The notes under the pieces: model-generated
Told to the model about the DNA's origin: nothing
Seen by the model: only the letters and a program-made list of their open reading frames with translations
Databases searched by the model: none
Made by a program: the position numbers and the translations under genes
Assembly: GCA_005893265.1 (NCBI GenBank)
Contig: VBOX01000087.1
Location: forward strand, 128 to 64,127
Direction of reading: 5' to 3'
DNA from: Candidatus Eiseniibacteriota bacterium
GTDB taxonomy: Bacteria > Eisenbacteria > RBG-16-71-46 > SZUA-252
DNA: 64,000 nucleotides
Part shown: positions 37,498 to 46,745 of the stretch, one piece after another
Numbering within the stretch: the first letter of the stretch is position 1
Layout of the letters: every line of letters starts with the position of its first letter

Positions 37498-39251
37498 CGC
37501 GTCCACCGATCCACCACGGAGAGGGTAAGGGCTGCGCTCCTGATCGGCTCGCGGTCGTCCGGAATCGTTTCGGCCCGCACGATGTAGATCCCGGCCGGCA
37601 CGGGACTACCCTGGTCGTCGCGGCCGTCCCAGAGAAACGCTCCTTCACCCAGGATTCGCTGCCCGTCGACGAGGAGCCGCCGCGGGCGGCCCAGGAGGTC
37701 GTGCACGAAGACGCGGACCCGGCTCCCGCGCGCCTCCTCGCTGAATCGCAACACGACCGGGGCGGCCGGCAATCCGGGCGCCCGCCGAACCACGCGCGCG
37801 CTTGCGATGAGAAGCGAGCCGCGGCGTCCCACGCCCGTACCCGGGGCCGGGGCCTGAATGGAGTTCGGCCGAGCCGGCGTTCCCGATCGAGGGTCGATCG
37901 ATTCCGTCCAGGAGCTCGCCGACGCGCTGGGGAGCATCGTCCCGAGGCGCTCGAGCGATCCGTCTCGCGCGGTGTACCCCGCGCGATAGGGGACGACATC
38001 GGATGGCGTGCCGGACGCATCCACGACGCGCACACGGTCGGCGAAACCGTCCTCGCCGTCGGCGTCGTTGAGGGCCGCCCAGCCTCCGAGGCATCCTAGG
38101 ACCGCGCTGTCCGGCAGCGAGTAGCTCCTGCGCAACATCTCGGGGGACTGCGCGATGACAATGATCGCCCCCGCGTGAGCCGGGCGCGGTGTCGGCCCCC
38201 GATCGATCGCGTAGGCGCGGCCGCCCGCGTCGGAAAGCGCGAAGAACCCGACGTCCGCGACCTCTTCACGAGCCATCACCTCGACCCATTCCCCCGCCCC
38301 TCGATCCCGGAACGCGATTTCGTTCACGACGAGCGGGCCGGCCGTCGACCGCGCCTCAAGGAGCGCGGTGTCCGCGACGGCGGACCCATATGTGAATGGC
38401 TCAACGCCGAGATCGCGCAGGTAGAGCCGGAGACCGAACCTCCCGGGCGGAGGCGTGAAGAGCGCGCAGTGCACGCTCGCGCTTTCTCCCGGAGCGACGG
38501 TGGAGCCTGGGCTGATCCCCACCGGCGCGGCGGACCACGGGCTATCCGGCCTGTCCCCGACGCGCACGACAACCTCGGCTTGCCATCGAGCCGCCGGGAC
38601 CAACTGGCGCCCGAGGTTCTTCACGGTCGCCCGCAAGGTCGCGACATCCCCGGGCCATGGCACATCCGGCACGAGACGGGCGCTTCCGCGCGTGAAGGAG
38701 AGCCGGATGTCGGGATGGTTCGCGAGCCCCGGCGTGGGGCTCGGTTCGGGCGCCCAGTCCGCCGCGTTCCACTGGGTGTCCACACCGTCCGCAATCCGAG
38801 AGAGAGATTGTCCGGAGGATACGTCCGCGGCGGGCGCGCCCTCAAAGAGCTCGCGGGCGGTGAGCGTCCCGTAACCCAGGAGGTCGAGCACGATGCCCGC
38901 GCGGGTCAGACGAATCGCGTCCGGACCGTTCTGGAGGGGAGCGAGAAGGGAAGACCCCGGGATCAGAAACGCGTGCCGGGGAGACACCGAATCGCCGACC
39001 GCGCCCACGTAGACCGGGGTCCAAACCCCCGGTCGTGAGCCGTCGCCAGACTCCACCGCGATCCCGACCAGCGAAAGGGCGACGGTGTCCGGATTCCAGA
39101 GCTCCACGAACTCCGATCCCTCATCGATCCCCTCGGGGTCGTACAACACCTCGTTCAGGAGGATTTCGGCGTCGGAACGCGAAACGTGCGCGGCGAGCAA
39201 GACGAGAGCGGCGAGACAGAACGCGGGCTTGCGCCCGAACATGCGCGGCAT
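37494..39251 (-). CDS. secreted protein with two lamin-tail domains and C-terminal FlgD-Ig/T9SS-type sorting domain
   Basis: Start MPRMFGRKPAFCLAALVLLAAHVS with an AGGGGG RBS. ILLNEVLYDPEG.DEGSEFVELWNP and LVVNEIAFRDRGAGEWVEVM. C-term ..GEGAFLWDGRDDQGSPVPAGIYIVRAET. Confidence 0.7.
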   Translation of the reverse strand: MPRMFGRKPAFCLAALVLLAAHVSRSDAEILLNEVLYDPEGIDEGSEFVELWNPDTVALSLVGIAVESGDGSRPGVWTPVYVGAVGDSVSPRHAFLIPGSSLLAPLQNGPDAIRLTRAGIVLDLLGYGTLTARELFEGAPAADVSSGQSLSRIADGVDTQWNAADWAPEPSPTPGLANHPDIRLSFTRGSARLVPDVPWPGDVATLRATVKNLGRQLVPAARWQAEVVVRVGDRPDSPWSAAPVGISPGSTVAPGESASVHCALFTPPPGRFGLRLYLRDLGVEPFTYGSAVADTALLEARSTAGPLVVNEIAFRDRGAGEWVEVMAREEVADVGFFALSDAGGRAYAIDRGPTPRPAHAGAIIVIAQSPEMLRRSYSLPDSAVLGCLGGWAALNDADGEDGFADRVRVVDASGTPSDVVPYRAGYTARDGSLERLGTMLPSASASSWTESIDPRSGTPARPNSIQAPAPGTGVGRRGSLLIASARVVRRAPGLPAAPVVLRFSEEARGSRVRVFVHDLLGRPRRLLVDGQRILGEGAFLWDGRDDQGSPVPAGIYIVRAETIPDDREPIRSAALTLSVVDRWTR

Positions 39252-39360
39252 GGGATTCCCCCTTGAAGAGGAGGCGGGGGGAGTGTCGGTAGGATCGGCG
39301 GCGCTCGGGGAGCGCCCTCGCTCTCGGGGTACGTTGGAAGCCGGCGGGTCGGGTGACGCC

Positions 39361-41523
39361 CTAAAGCAAATGGAACCTCTTCCGCAAAACCCATTCCGCG
39401 GTCGCACCGAGGACGAGCACGAGGAAAAGCGGGACGTTGTGGAAAATATCCAGCTCGATGATGCGAGCCCTGGCGATGTCGGGCGAGCGCAGCCTCGCGA
39501 GAACCGGTCCCGAGCGGGCAAGGGGCGCGGCAACGCCTCCCGAGCGCGAGGCGAGCCGCTCGAGCACGGAAGGCTCCGCGCCAAGCGATTCAAATTCGAC
39601 TCCCTGCTCACCCACCGCGACCTGAAGGCTGTCGGTGCCCACCAATCGGCCCGCGCGCTCCACGCGCCCCACGAGCCAATAGACCCCCTCCGGAAGCGCG
39701 ATGGAGCCCGCGAAATCGCCCTGGATCGAGGCGCTGAGGCGCCCTTCACCGGCTACACCGCCGGCGCTCCGCCGCGCCCGCACGGTCGCCCGCGCCCCGG
39801 TGCCGACGGCGCCGTTCGCGAGCGCGAGCCGCACCGGGACCGCTCGCTCGGCCGGCGTCAGGTCGGGAGCGGAGATCCGAACCGGCCGGTCGTCCGCGCT
39901 CTGCGAGAGCCAGGCGTTGAGCCCTCCGAAGAAAGACGGCTCGATGCCGGCTCCGCCCCCCAGCCCGGCCGCCGTCAGGCCCCAGCGATAGACGCCCGCC
40001 GCGTTCAATACAGCGACACGGCCGGATCCGACCCGTCCGGCCAAGAGAAGTGGCGTGGTTTCGGTTCCGTAGCGCGCCTCGAGGAGGGGCGTGAGGGCAC
40101 TGCCTTTCAGGTTCAGGATGAGCGGCGACTGAATCGGCGGGAGCGAGCGCCAGGTGGCGACCGCGGTGGCGGCGTCCCCCCCGAGAAGCGAGACTTCGTG
40201 CGCCCTGCCGGCTTGAGACAGCTCCACCCCCGTGCTGGGCCCGGTCGCTCTGCCGAAGTCGCGCCACTCGAGGCCAAGAGCGTTCGTGAGAGGACCCGGG
40301 GCCGGGGGCCGATTGACCGGGTCGATCCAGAACAGCACGCCCCCTCCGCGATTGAGAAAACTTAGAGCCTCCGCGCTCCGCTCCGGGGTGAGCGTGCGGG
40401 AGTCGAATCGAAGGACAAGGACGTCTGCGTCGCGCAGCGCCTGCGCGAAGCTCTGTGGCGCGCCACCGGGGGCTCCAACGGAGGAGGATCCCGACGGAGC
40501 CCATCGCTGGATGGCCCAGGACGTGTCCTCCTCCACGCCGCGCGCGAAGGAGCGAAGGTCCCAGTCCCATGCCGTCGCCACAAGAGGTACCAGGCGTTTC
40601 GCCGGGCGTGCGGTGACCGCGATCAACCTCCTCTTGTTCTGTGTGATGGGATCCCCGGGCAAGCTGTCGAGCTTCACCGCGAGGAAATGCTTACCGCGTT
40701 CTCCGAGGGTGAAGGGGATCGTGACACGGCTCACCGAGCCGGGTCGCTCCAACGCGAACGAAGCGCGGCCCAGCTCCCGCGAGCCCTCGCTCAGGCGCGC
40801 GACCCCACGCGTCGCGGGGCGAGCCCCGTGGCGGACCGTCACGGAGAGCGTCGCCGGCCGACCGATGACGACCTCGCTCGGAGCATCGATCCCGCCGATG
40901 CCGGCCGTGGGAGGATCGCCTGTTGAGCCCACGACGAGCGCGAAGGCGGGTACGGTCGATGCCAGGGCGCGCTCCGGGTCCTCCCCGCGATTCACCGCGC
41001 CGTCGCTCAAGACAAGCATCGCCGCGAGCGAATCCGGATCCAGGCGGTCGAGCCCCTCGCGGATCGCATCCCCAAGCGCGGTCTCCCCCGCACCGCGCGT
41101 TTGGGTCGCGGCTTTCCACGACGAAGGTTTTCCAATCGGCCCCAACGAGGCATCGAAAGGCGCCAGCCGCACGTCGTACCGTCCCGAAAACCCACTCGCG
41201 ATCGCCGTCGCGGCGCTGTCCACAACCTCGCGCCGCGTTCGTCCCGCCGAGTCGCCGTCCCGGACCTCCATGCTTCCGGAATGGTCAACCAGGATGAGCA
41301 TCCGGTTCCGTTCGCGTGCTGCGCTCGAATACCGAACCACCGGGGCGAGCGAGGCGAAGAGGAGCGCCAGCAGCGTGGCGGTGCGGACGGCCGTGAGAAT
41401 CGCGCGGCGTCGCGGGAGGAGCGCCGGATACCGCGTGAGATAGAGCGAGAGCCCGAGAGCAAAGGCCGCCGCCAGGAGTACCAGCGCGACGATGTTGGGC
41501 GATGACGAGAGTGAGAAATTCAA
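39361..41523 (-). CDS. von Willebrand factor A (VWA) domain membrane protein (BatA-like; N- and C-terminal TM anchors)
   Basis: MIDAS motif MLILVDHSGSM..., two N-terminal TM helices, C-terminal TM VPLFLVLVLGATAEWVL. Confidence 0.65.
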   Translation of the reverse strand: MNFSLSSSPNIVALVLLAAAFALGLSLYLTRYPALLPRRRAILTAVRTATLLALLFASLAPVVRYSSAARERNRMLILVDHSGSMEVRDGDSAGRTRREVVDSAATAIASGFSGRYDVRLAPFDASLGPIGKPSSWKAATQTRGAGETALGDAIREGLDRLDPDSLAAMLVLSDGAVNRGEDPERALASTVPAFALVVGSTGDPPTAGIGGIDAPSEVVIGRPATLSVTVRHGARPATRGVARLSEGSRELGRASFALERPGSVSRVTIPFTLGERGKHFLAVKLDSLPGDPITQNKRRLIAVTARPAKRLVPLVATAWDWDLRSFARGVEEDTSWAIQRWAPSGSSSVGAPGGAPQSFAQALRDADVLVLRFDSRTLTPERSAEALSFLNRGGGVLFWIDPVNRPPAPGPLTNALGLEWRDFGRATGPSTGVELSQAGRAHEVSLLGGDAATAVATWRSLPPIQSPLILNLKGSALTPLLEARYGTETTPLLLAGRVGSGRVAVLNAAGVYRWGLTAAGLGGGAGIEPSFFGGLNAWLSQSADDRPVRISAPDLTPAERAVPVRLALANGAVGTGARATVRARRSAGGVAGEGRLSASIQGDFAGSIALPEGVYWLVGRVERAGRLVGTDSLQVAVGEQGVEFESLGAEPSVLERLASRSGGVAAPLARSGPVLARLRSPDIARARIIELDIFHNVPLFLVLVLGATAEWVLRKRFHLL

Positions 41524-41722
41524 GAGTCGAGTCTCGGGAGAATCGGAATCCCGATGGGTTCCCTAACGGGCTCAGTGTTGTGAAGGCGGGGTCGAGTCAC
41601 GGGAGATTGCGGCTGCGCTGCAGGAGGCCGTGACTCGAAGGTAGTGTGTCGAGCGTTTCCGGTCAAGCCGGAAAAGTGAAGGCCCCGCGTCTCGAGAGGC
41701 GCGGGGCCGAGAAACCTACGTG

Positions 41723-42317
41723 TCAGCTTCTGGTCGGGCTCGAGCTGGCCGTCGGGGCGTCTCCCTTGGCGAACGCTTCGCGGCGCTCGCGCGTGTCGAG
41801 CTCGAGCTTGCGGAGGAGCACGTAGAGCTGAACAGGGTTCATCTCGCGCCCGCCGCGCTCCGGTTTCCGCAGATCCTTCTGGATTCTCATGAGGCCGTAA
41901 TCGGGGTGCTGGCGGACGATCTCGCGCACGAGGTCCTCGTCGGAAAGAACCGTCTCGCTACGTTGTGAGCCATGGGACTCGGTTCCCGAATGAGGCGCCC
42001 CTGCGACAGCGCCCGGAATCGTGGAGGTATTCGCCGGCACGATCGGTCCAAAGGAGGCGACCGCGAGGTCGGCGTCCGTATACGCCTGCAAGATGTTCTC
42101 GAACTCGAGAAGGTCGAAGACCTCCTTGACGTCGGCAGCCATCCCGGCGAGCTTCAGGTCTCCGCCGTGCTCACGGATTTCGCGGATTTCGCTGATGCGC
42201 TTGGAGACGCCGCTCCAGATCGGGGCTCGTCGTGGTGTCCACGTAGCCGGAGACGCGCAGAATCGACACCCCTTGGTTTTTGGACGCCTCTTCGACGTAG
42301 ACGTCGATTCCCTTCAT
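41723..42317 (-). pseudogene. anti-sigma-factor antagonist (STAS/SpoIIAA-like) gene disrupted by an internal out-of-frame deletion at a 9-bp tandem repeat; 3' part carries an HTH_21-like (IS3 transposase-type) segment
   Basis: GGAGGGGGAG RBS + ATG at 42317. N-part MKGIDVYVEEASKNQGVSILRVSGYVDTTTSPDLERRLQ aligns to the SpoIIAA N-terminus and stops at TGA. The +1 frame continues ISEIREIREHGGDLKLAGMAADVKEVFDLLEF (SpoIIAA C-terminus). The beta3/phospho-Ser (DSSG) segment is missing. Junction at CGAAATCCGCGAAATCCG. Confidence 0.5.
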
Positions 42318-44776
42318 TCTCCCCCTCCTTGTCCTTCTGGAGCGCGGTCGGCCCGGGCAGCCCCCGAGAGCGCCTGGGCCAGCCTTGCCATACGTCTATC
42401 GGTTCCGTTTTGGGCGAACTCGAGCCTTTTTTCCTTCGTGTTAAGTCCGTGGCGCCTTAGCGTTGCGTAGACAGCGGCCGGGGTCAAATTGGGGCCCGAG
42501 CGGCCCGTCGCGCGGAGCAGCTCCGCGACCCGTTTGGCCCCCATGAGAGGCTCCGCTTTCACGAGCGAAAGGATGGCCGCCTCTTCCTCGAGACTCGCCC
42601 TCGCGAGCCCTGAGCGGGGGCGAATGCTCTTCAAGCCCTCCTCCCCTCCGACTTCGGCCACCCGGCGGCGATAGCGGTAGTACGTCGACTGCGCCACCTG
42701 CAGCCGGTCACACGCTTCGGCGACGGGCACACCCTCCTGCTCGACGAGCCGGAAAAGCTCGCGCCGCGTCGACTCGATGCGCTGTTCGGGCTGCACCTTT
42801 TCCTTGATCGCGACCAGCGTGATGTCGTCGTTCTGGAGCGCGCCCGCGGTGAACTCATGGATCTCCCGGTCCAGCGCTTCCGAGAACTCCTGCGCGGTGA
42901 GATGCGCGTGCCTTTTGATCGCGCCGAGAAGCCTCGCCTCGCCGAACTGCTCCCGATTGGGATTCATGGCCTCGGTGATTCCATCGGTGTAGATCACGAT
43001 CATATCTTCCTGCTTGAGCGTCAGCCGCTCGACGCTGATGGTGCGGCGGAAGAGATCCGCGTCCGGCGCGTCGATCCCCACGGGAATCCCTTTCGGTTTC
43101 AAGAAGTAGGTCGCGTCCGACTCGCCGCGGTAGAGGATCATCGGATTGTGCCCCGCGCTGGCGTAGGTCACGACGCGGTTCACCGAATCGAGCACCACGT
43201 AAAACATCGTCACGAACATGCCCTTCTTCATGTCCTCGGTGACGAACGTGTTCATTCGGGCCATGACGTCCGATGCGGACCGATTCCCGCGCGCCTCCAT
43301 GCGGAGAGCGGTCCGGATCATCGTCATGACGAGCGAGCCGGGGACTCCTTTGCCCGACACGTCCGCGACCACGACGCCCACCGTCCGCTCGTCGACTTGC
43401 ACGAAATCGTAATAGTCCCCTCCGACCTCCTTGGCCGCGCGGTAGAGCGCCCCGATCTCGTAGCCCTCCAGCTCCGGCACGCTCCTGGGAAGGAGGCTCT
43501 GCTGGATCTCCTGCGCGACCTGCATCTCCTTCTGGAGCCGCTCCTGTTCGACGAGATTGCCCTGCGCCGCGCGGAACTTGGCGGTGATCTCGTTGAACGC
43601 GCGCGCGATCTCGTCGATCTCCTCGTTCCCGGAAGCGCCCACATCGGCCACCATCGTTCCTTCGCCGATCGCGCGCACGCTGTCGGAGAGCGCCTGGATC
43701 GGCCGCACGAAGATCCCGATCAGGATCATCGAGAGAACGCAGCCGAGAAAGAGCGTGAGAAGCGCGATCCCCGCAAGCTCGGCGCGCGCCGCCGCGATTC
43801 GTGCGCCGATCACCTGCTCGCTGATGCCGATCTGCACGTAGCCGATCACGGTCGCGAGGGCTTTCCCCGTTGAGCCCGCCCGCACGGGCTCGACGATGGT
43901 GCCGACCCCGTTGTTCACGAGGTAGCGGGGGGGCGCCCACTGGTTGCCGAGGCCCGCTCCGGATCCCTGCCGGAGCCCGCTCCGCTCCGTGGTGAAGAGC
44001 TCCTCGAATCGGTTGCTGCCCCATACGCGCCCGGCCGTGTCGAGGACCCGCGCCGACACGTATTCCGGGTTCGCCCGGAGCGCGGCGCGGATGGACTGGT
44101 TCAGGAGCGTCTGCTCGATCGACATCGGTTCGGGCCGCGAGAGCACCTCGGCCGCCGGGAGCGCGAGCCCGCGCGCGACGCTTCGGGCATGCGATATCGC
44201 TTCTCCCTGGATGCTTTGCATCTGCCGCGCGTGGATCACGCCGAAGGCAACCGCGACGAGGAATGTCATCGCGCCGAACGCCTGCAGGGTGTAGGCGAAA
44301 CGGAGCGAGCGGGGACGCCCGCCCCCTCCGACCCTCCGACGCCCTCGCCCGAGGCGCTTTGACATCGTGAGGACGTTTCCGTCCGGGCCCCCGCGATAGC
44401 GGACGTCGTCCATGAGCTGATTCATCAGGAAGACGCCGAGCCCGCCGCGCTTCCTCGTCTCCACGTACATCTTGAGATCGGGGCTCTTGACGTTGCGGAG
44501 GTCGAAGCTCTCGCCCTGGTCCCGGATCTCCATGGAGAACTCGCGCTGGTTTCCCGTCACCACGACTTCGATGAAGCCGGTCTTCCCCTTGTAACCGTGC
44601 TTCACGATGTTGGTGCAGGCTTCGTCTACCGCGAGCTTCGTGTTGGCGAGGATCTTTCCGGGTATCTGAATCTTCTCGCCGACGTCCTGGATGAAGTCGC
44701 GGATCTCGGCGAGATGGCGGTCCTCGGCAGGAACCTGGAGCCGGAAACGGCGGGTCGGTCCAGCCCTGGGACTCAT
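42314..44776 (-). CDS. multidomain partner-switching regulator: RsbW-like anti-sigma Ser kinase (HATPase_c_2), TM/sensor, HAMP, PP2C (SpoIIE/RsbU-type) phosphatase, C-terminal IS3-transposase-type HTH domains
   Basis: N-term LAVDEACTNIVKHGY...GGLGVFLMNQLMDDV. HAMP around IGEGTMVADVGASGNEEIDEIARAFNEITAKF. PP2C GGDYYDF, VVADVSGKGVPGSL, YASAGHNP, IYTDGITEA, NDDITLVAI. C-term ELFRLVEQEGVPVAEACDRLQVAQSTYYRYRRR and ..EEEAAILSLVKAEPLMGAKRVAELL..LTPAAVYATLRRHGL. Confidence 0.8.
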   Translation of the reverse strand: MSPRAGPTRRFRLQVPAEDRHLAEIRDFIQDVGEKIQIPGKILANTKLAVDEACTNIVKHGYKGKTGFIEVVVTGNQREFSMEIRDQGESFDLRNVKSPDLKMYVETRKRGGLGVFLMNQLMDDVRYRGGPDGNVLTMSKRLGRGRRRVGGGGRPRSLRFAYTLQAFGAMTFLVAVAFGVIHARQMQSIQGEAISHARSVARGLALPAAEVLSRPEPMSIEQTLLNQSIRAALRANPEYVSARVLDTAGRVWGSNRFEELFTTERSGLRQGSGAGLGNQWAPPRYLVNNGVGTIVEPVRAGSTGKALATVIGYVQIGISEQVIGARIAAARAELAGIALLTLFLGCVLSMILIGIFVRPIQALSDSVRAIGEGTMVADVGASGNEEIDEIARAFNEITAKFRAAQGNLVEQERLQKEMQVAQEIQQSLLPRSVPELEGYEIGALYRAAKEVGGDYYDFVQVDERTVGVVVADVSGKGVPGSLVMTMIRTALRMEARGNRSASDVMARMNTFVTEDMKKGMFVTMFYVVLDSVNRVVTYASAGHNPMILYRGESDATYFLKPKGIPVGIDAPDADLFRRTISVERLTLKQEDMIVIYTDGITEAMNPNREQFGEARLLGAIKRHAHLTAQEFSEALDREIHEFTAGALQNDDITLVAIKEKVQPEQRIESTRRELFRLVEQEGVPVAEACDRLQVAQSTYYRYRRRVAEVGGEEGLKSIRPRSGLARASLEEEAAILSLVKAEPLMGAKRVAELLRATGRSGPNLTPAAVYATLRRHGLNTKEKRLEFAQNGTDRRMARLAQALSGAARADRAPEGQGGGE

Positions 44777-44801
44777 CGACGCGTCCCGTCGCCGCCTGCG
44801 G

Positions 44802-46745
44802 TCATCGGCGCGCCTCCGACTTCATCCGCTCCCTCGCTTCGAGCACGTTCCGCCGGGCGCTCTCGTTCAGAGGATCGAGCAGGAGGATCTGCTCCCAGTT
44901 CCGGAGCGCCTCGCGGTAGTCGCCCGCGGTGAACGCCTCCATGCCCTTGATGTAGAGCTGCTTGATCCGCGCATCGAGCTCGGGCTTGGGCGTCGTGAGC
45001 CTGCGCTGGATTCGGTCGCGCCAGTCCCGCGCTTCGGGGCTCGTGGGATCCAGCGCGAGCGACCGTTCGACCGCCGCCTTCGCCTCCGCATACCGTCCTT
45101 CCGCGAACGCCCGCGCCACCTCGTTCAGTGCGCCGAGAGCGGCCAGCTTCCGGCTCAAGGTCTGCGCTTCCGATGCGCTCTTGCCGAGCGAGGTCTGGAG
45201 AGCGTCCCACAGGGTTCGTGCGCGCGGATCGTCGGGCTTGAGCCTCAGCGCGAGCGCCACCTGGCCCGCGGCGTCGAGGAGTCGCCCTCGTGCCTGAAGC
45301 GAGTCGGCGCGGGAGAGCGCGCGCTCGGCGGCACGGTCGCGCGCGGCGGCGACGTCCCGGACAAGGGCCGCGAGGGTGTCCTGGGACGCGCCGTCCGAGC
45401 CGCCCCCCGTTGAGATCCCGCGCAAGAGACCCGCCGCTTCCTCGGCGTCCCCCCGCGAGAGCGCCTGGCGGGCCATCTCCGCGAGCGTTGACCTGAGCCG
45501 CCGCCCGCTCTCCGAGGCGATCGCCGCCTGGGCGTTCCGCTCGATCTCGACACGCGCCCGCCCGGCGCGCTGGCTGTAGCTCGGCTCGCCGGGATCCGCG
45601 CGCTGGAGAACCTCCCAGAGCACAAGCGCGGTCTCCCAGTCACCCGAGCTCTCCGAGGTGTCCGCCTTCTTGCGGTCGCGTGCGATCTCGCCCGCGCGTT
45701 CCGCGCGGATGGAATCCTCCGCCGCCCGCCGAAGCTCGACCATGCGGCGCGATTCGTACTTGCTGATCGGCTCGCCCCACGCCATGCGCACCGCGAACTG
45801 CTGGGTCGCCTCGACGCTTCCGCTCTGGTAGGCGTAGTCGAAGCCGTAGCGCCGGAAGCGGAACCCTAGGCCGAAAATAGGATCCCCGTTCGAAATCCCG
45901 GCGCGAACGGCGCCCAGCCCCGCGCGCGTGAACTCGAGGCCGACGCGCGGCTTCATCCCTTCCCTCCCGCGGGTCCCGACGTCGAGCACGACCCTTCCTG
46001 CGCTCATTGGGTTCAGGCGCCATTCGGGGCTTCCGAGCCCTAAGCGGAACGATCGGTCAAGCGTCGAAGACGCACCGCCCAGGTCGAGCGAGCCCGCGAC
46101 GACGTTTTGCGCCGACACGCCGACTTGACCACCGCGGAGCACGGCCGGGCGGTAGAGGAAGCCCACGTCGAGCGCCGGGGCCGAAGCCGAAACGTCGCCG
46201 AGCGACTGGCCCAAGATCTTGAAGGTGAGCCCGCCCCAGATCGGCCCGCGCACGCGTCGCGCGACGCTGGCGGCCGCCGCCGTCTCGCGGTAGACGATCG
46301 AGCCGAGCGGCCGGTTCCCCGCGTCGTAGGCGTCGATTCCGCCGGTTCCGATCCGCGCAAAGCCAAGACCGACGCCTCCCAGGCCAGGAACGGGATAGGA
46401 GACGGCGGCAAGGTCCCAGGTCGTGGAGAACTGGAGCATTCCGTGGTGGACCAAGAAGGAGCGCTCATCCTGCGCCGCCAGGCCGGCCGGGTTCATGTAG
46501 ATCGCGAGCGGATCGAGCGCCACGCCCGTGAAGCCGCTCGCGGCGCCCGTGCTCGGCCAGCCCGCCGGCGTGGAAAGAAGGTCCGACGTCCCCGCGGTCT
46601 GGCCCGCGGCGCGCGCGCGCGTCCCGAAAAACGCGGCGAGGAGAAGCGACGCGGCGCAGATGGCACGGATCAGCCGCTGGGCGTTGATCCGGCGAAGTTG
46701 GCGGCGCAGGACGCGCCGGTTACGGAAGCATCGCCGCATTCTCAT
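44802..46745 (-). CDS. PorV/FadL-like outer-membrane beta-barrel fused to a C-terminal TPR-like domain
   Basis: Start MRMRRCF with a GGTGGGGGTG RBS; ATGA overlap with the giant upstream gene. Signal peptide; FTGVALDPLAIYMNPAGLAAQ resembles the PorV/FadL N-motif. C-terminal TPR-like helices (YIKGMEAFTAGDYREALRNWEQILLLDP). Confidence 0.6.
   Translation of the reverse strand: MRMRRCFRNRRVLRRQLRRINAQRLIRAICAASLLLAAFFGTRARAAGQTAGTSDLLSTPAGWPSTGAASGFTGVALDPLAIYMNPAGLAAQDERSFLVHHGMLQFSTTWDLAAVSYPVPGLGGVGLGFARIGTGGIDAYDAGNRPLGSIVYRETAAAASVARRVRGPIWGGLTFKILGQSLGDVSASAPALDVGFLYRPAVLRGGQVGVSAQNVVAGSLDLGGASSTLDRSFRLGLGSPEWRLNPMSAGRVVLDVGTRGREGMKPRVGLEFTRAGLGAVRAGISNGDPIFGLGFRFRRYGFDYAYQSGSVEATQQFAVRMAWGEPISKYESRRMVELRRAAEDSIRAERAGEIARDRKKADTSESSGDWETALVLWEVLQRADPGEPSYSQRAGRARVEIERNAQAAIASESGRRLRSTLAEMARQALSRGDAEEAAGLLRGISTGGGSDGASQDTLAALVRDVAAARDRAAERALSRADSLQARGRLLDAAGQVALALRLKPDDPRARTLWDALQTSLGKSASEAQTLSRKLAALGALNEVARAFAEGRYAEAKAAVERSLALDPTSPEARDWRDRIQRRLTTPKPELDARIKQLYIKGMEAFTAGDYREALRNWEQILLLDPLNESARRNVLEARERMKSEARR

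Noticed and set aside
42855-44024. 389-aa minus-strand ORF
   Set aside because: Alternative frame inside the RsbW-RsbU fusion gene; Arg/Gly-rich junk translation
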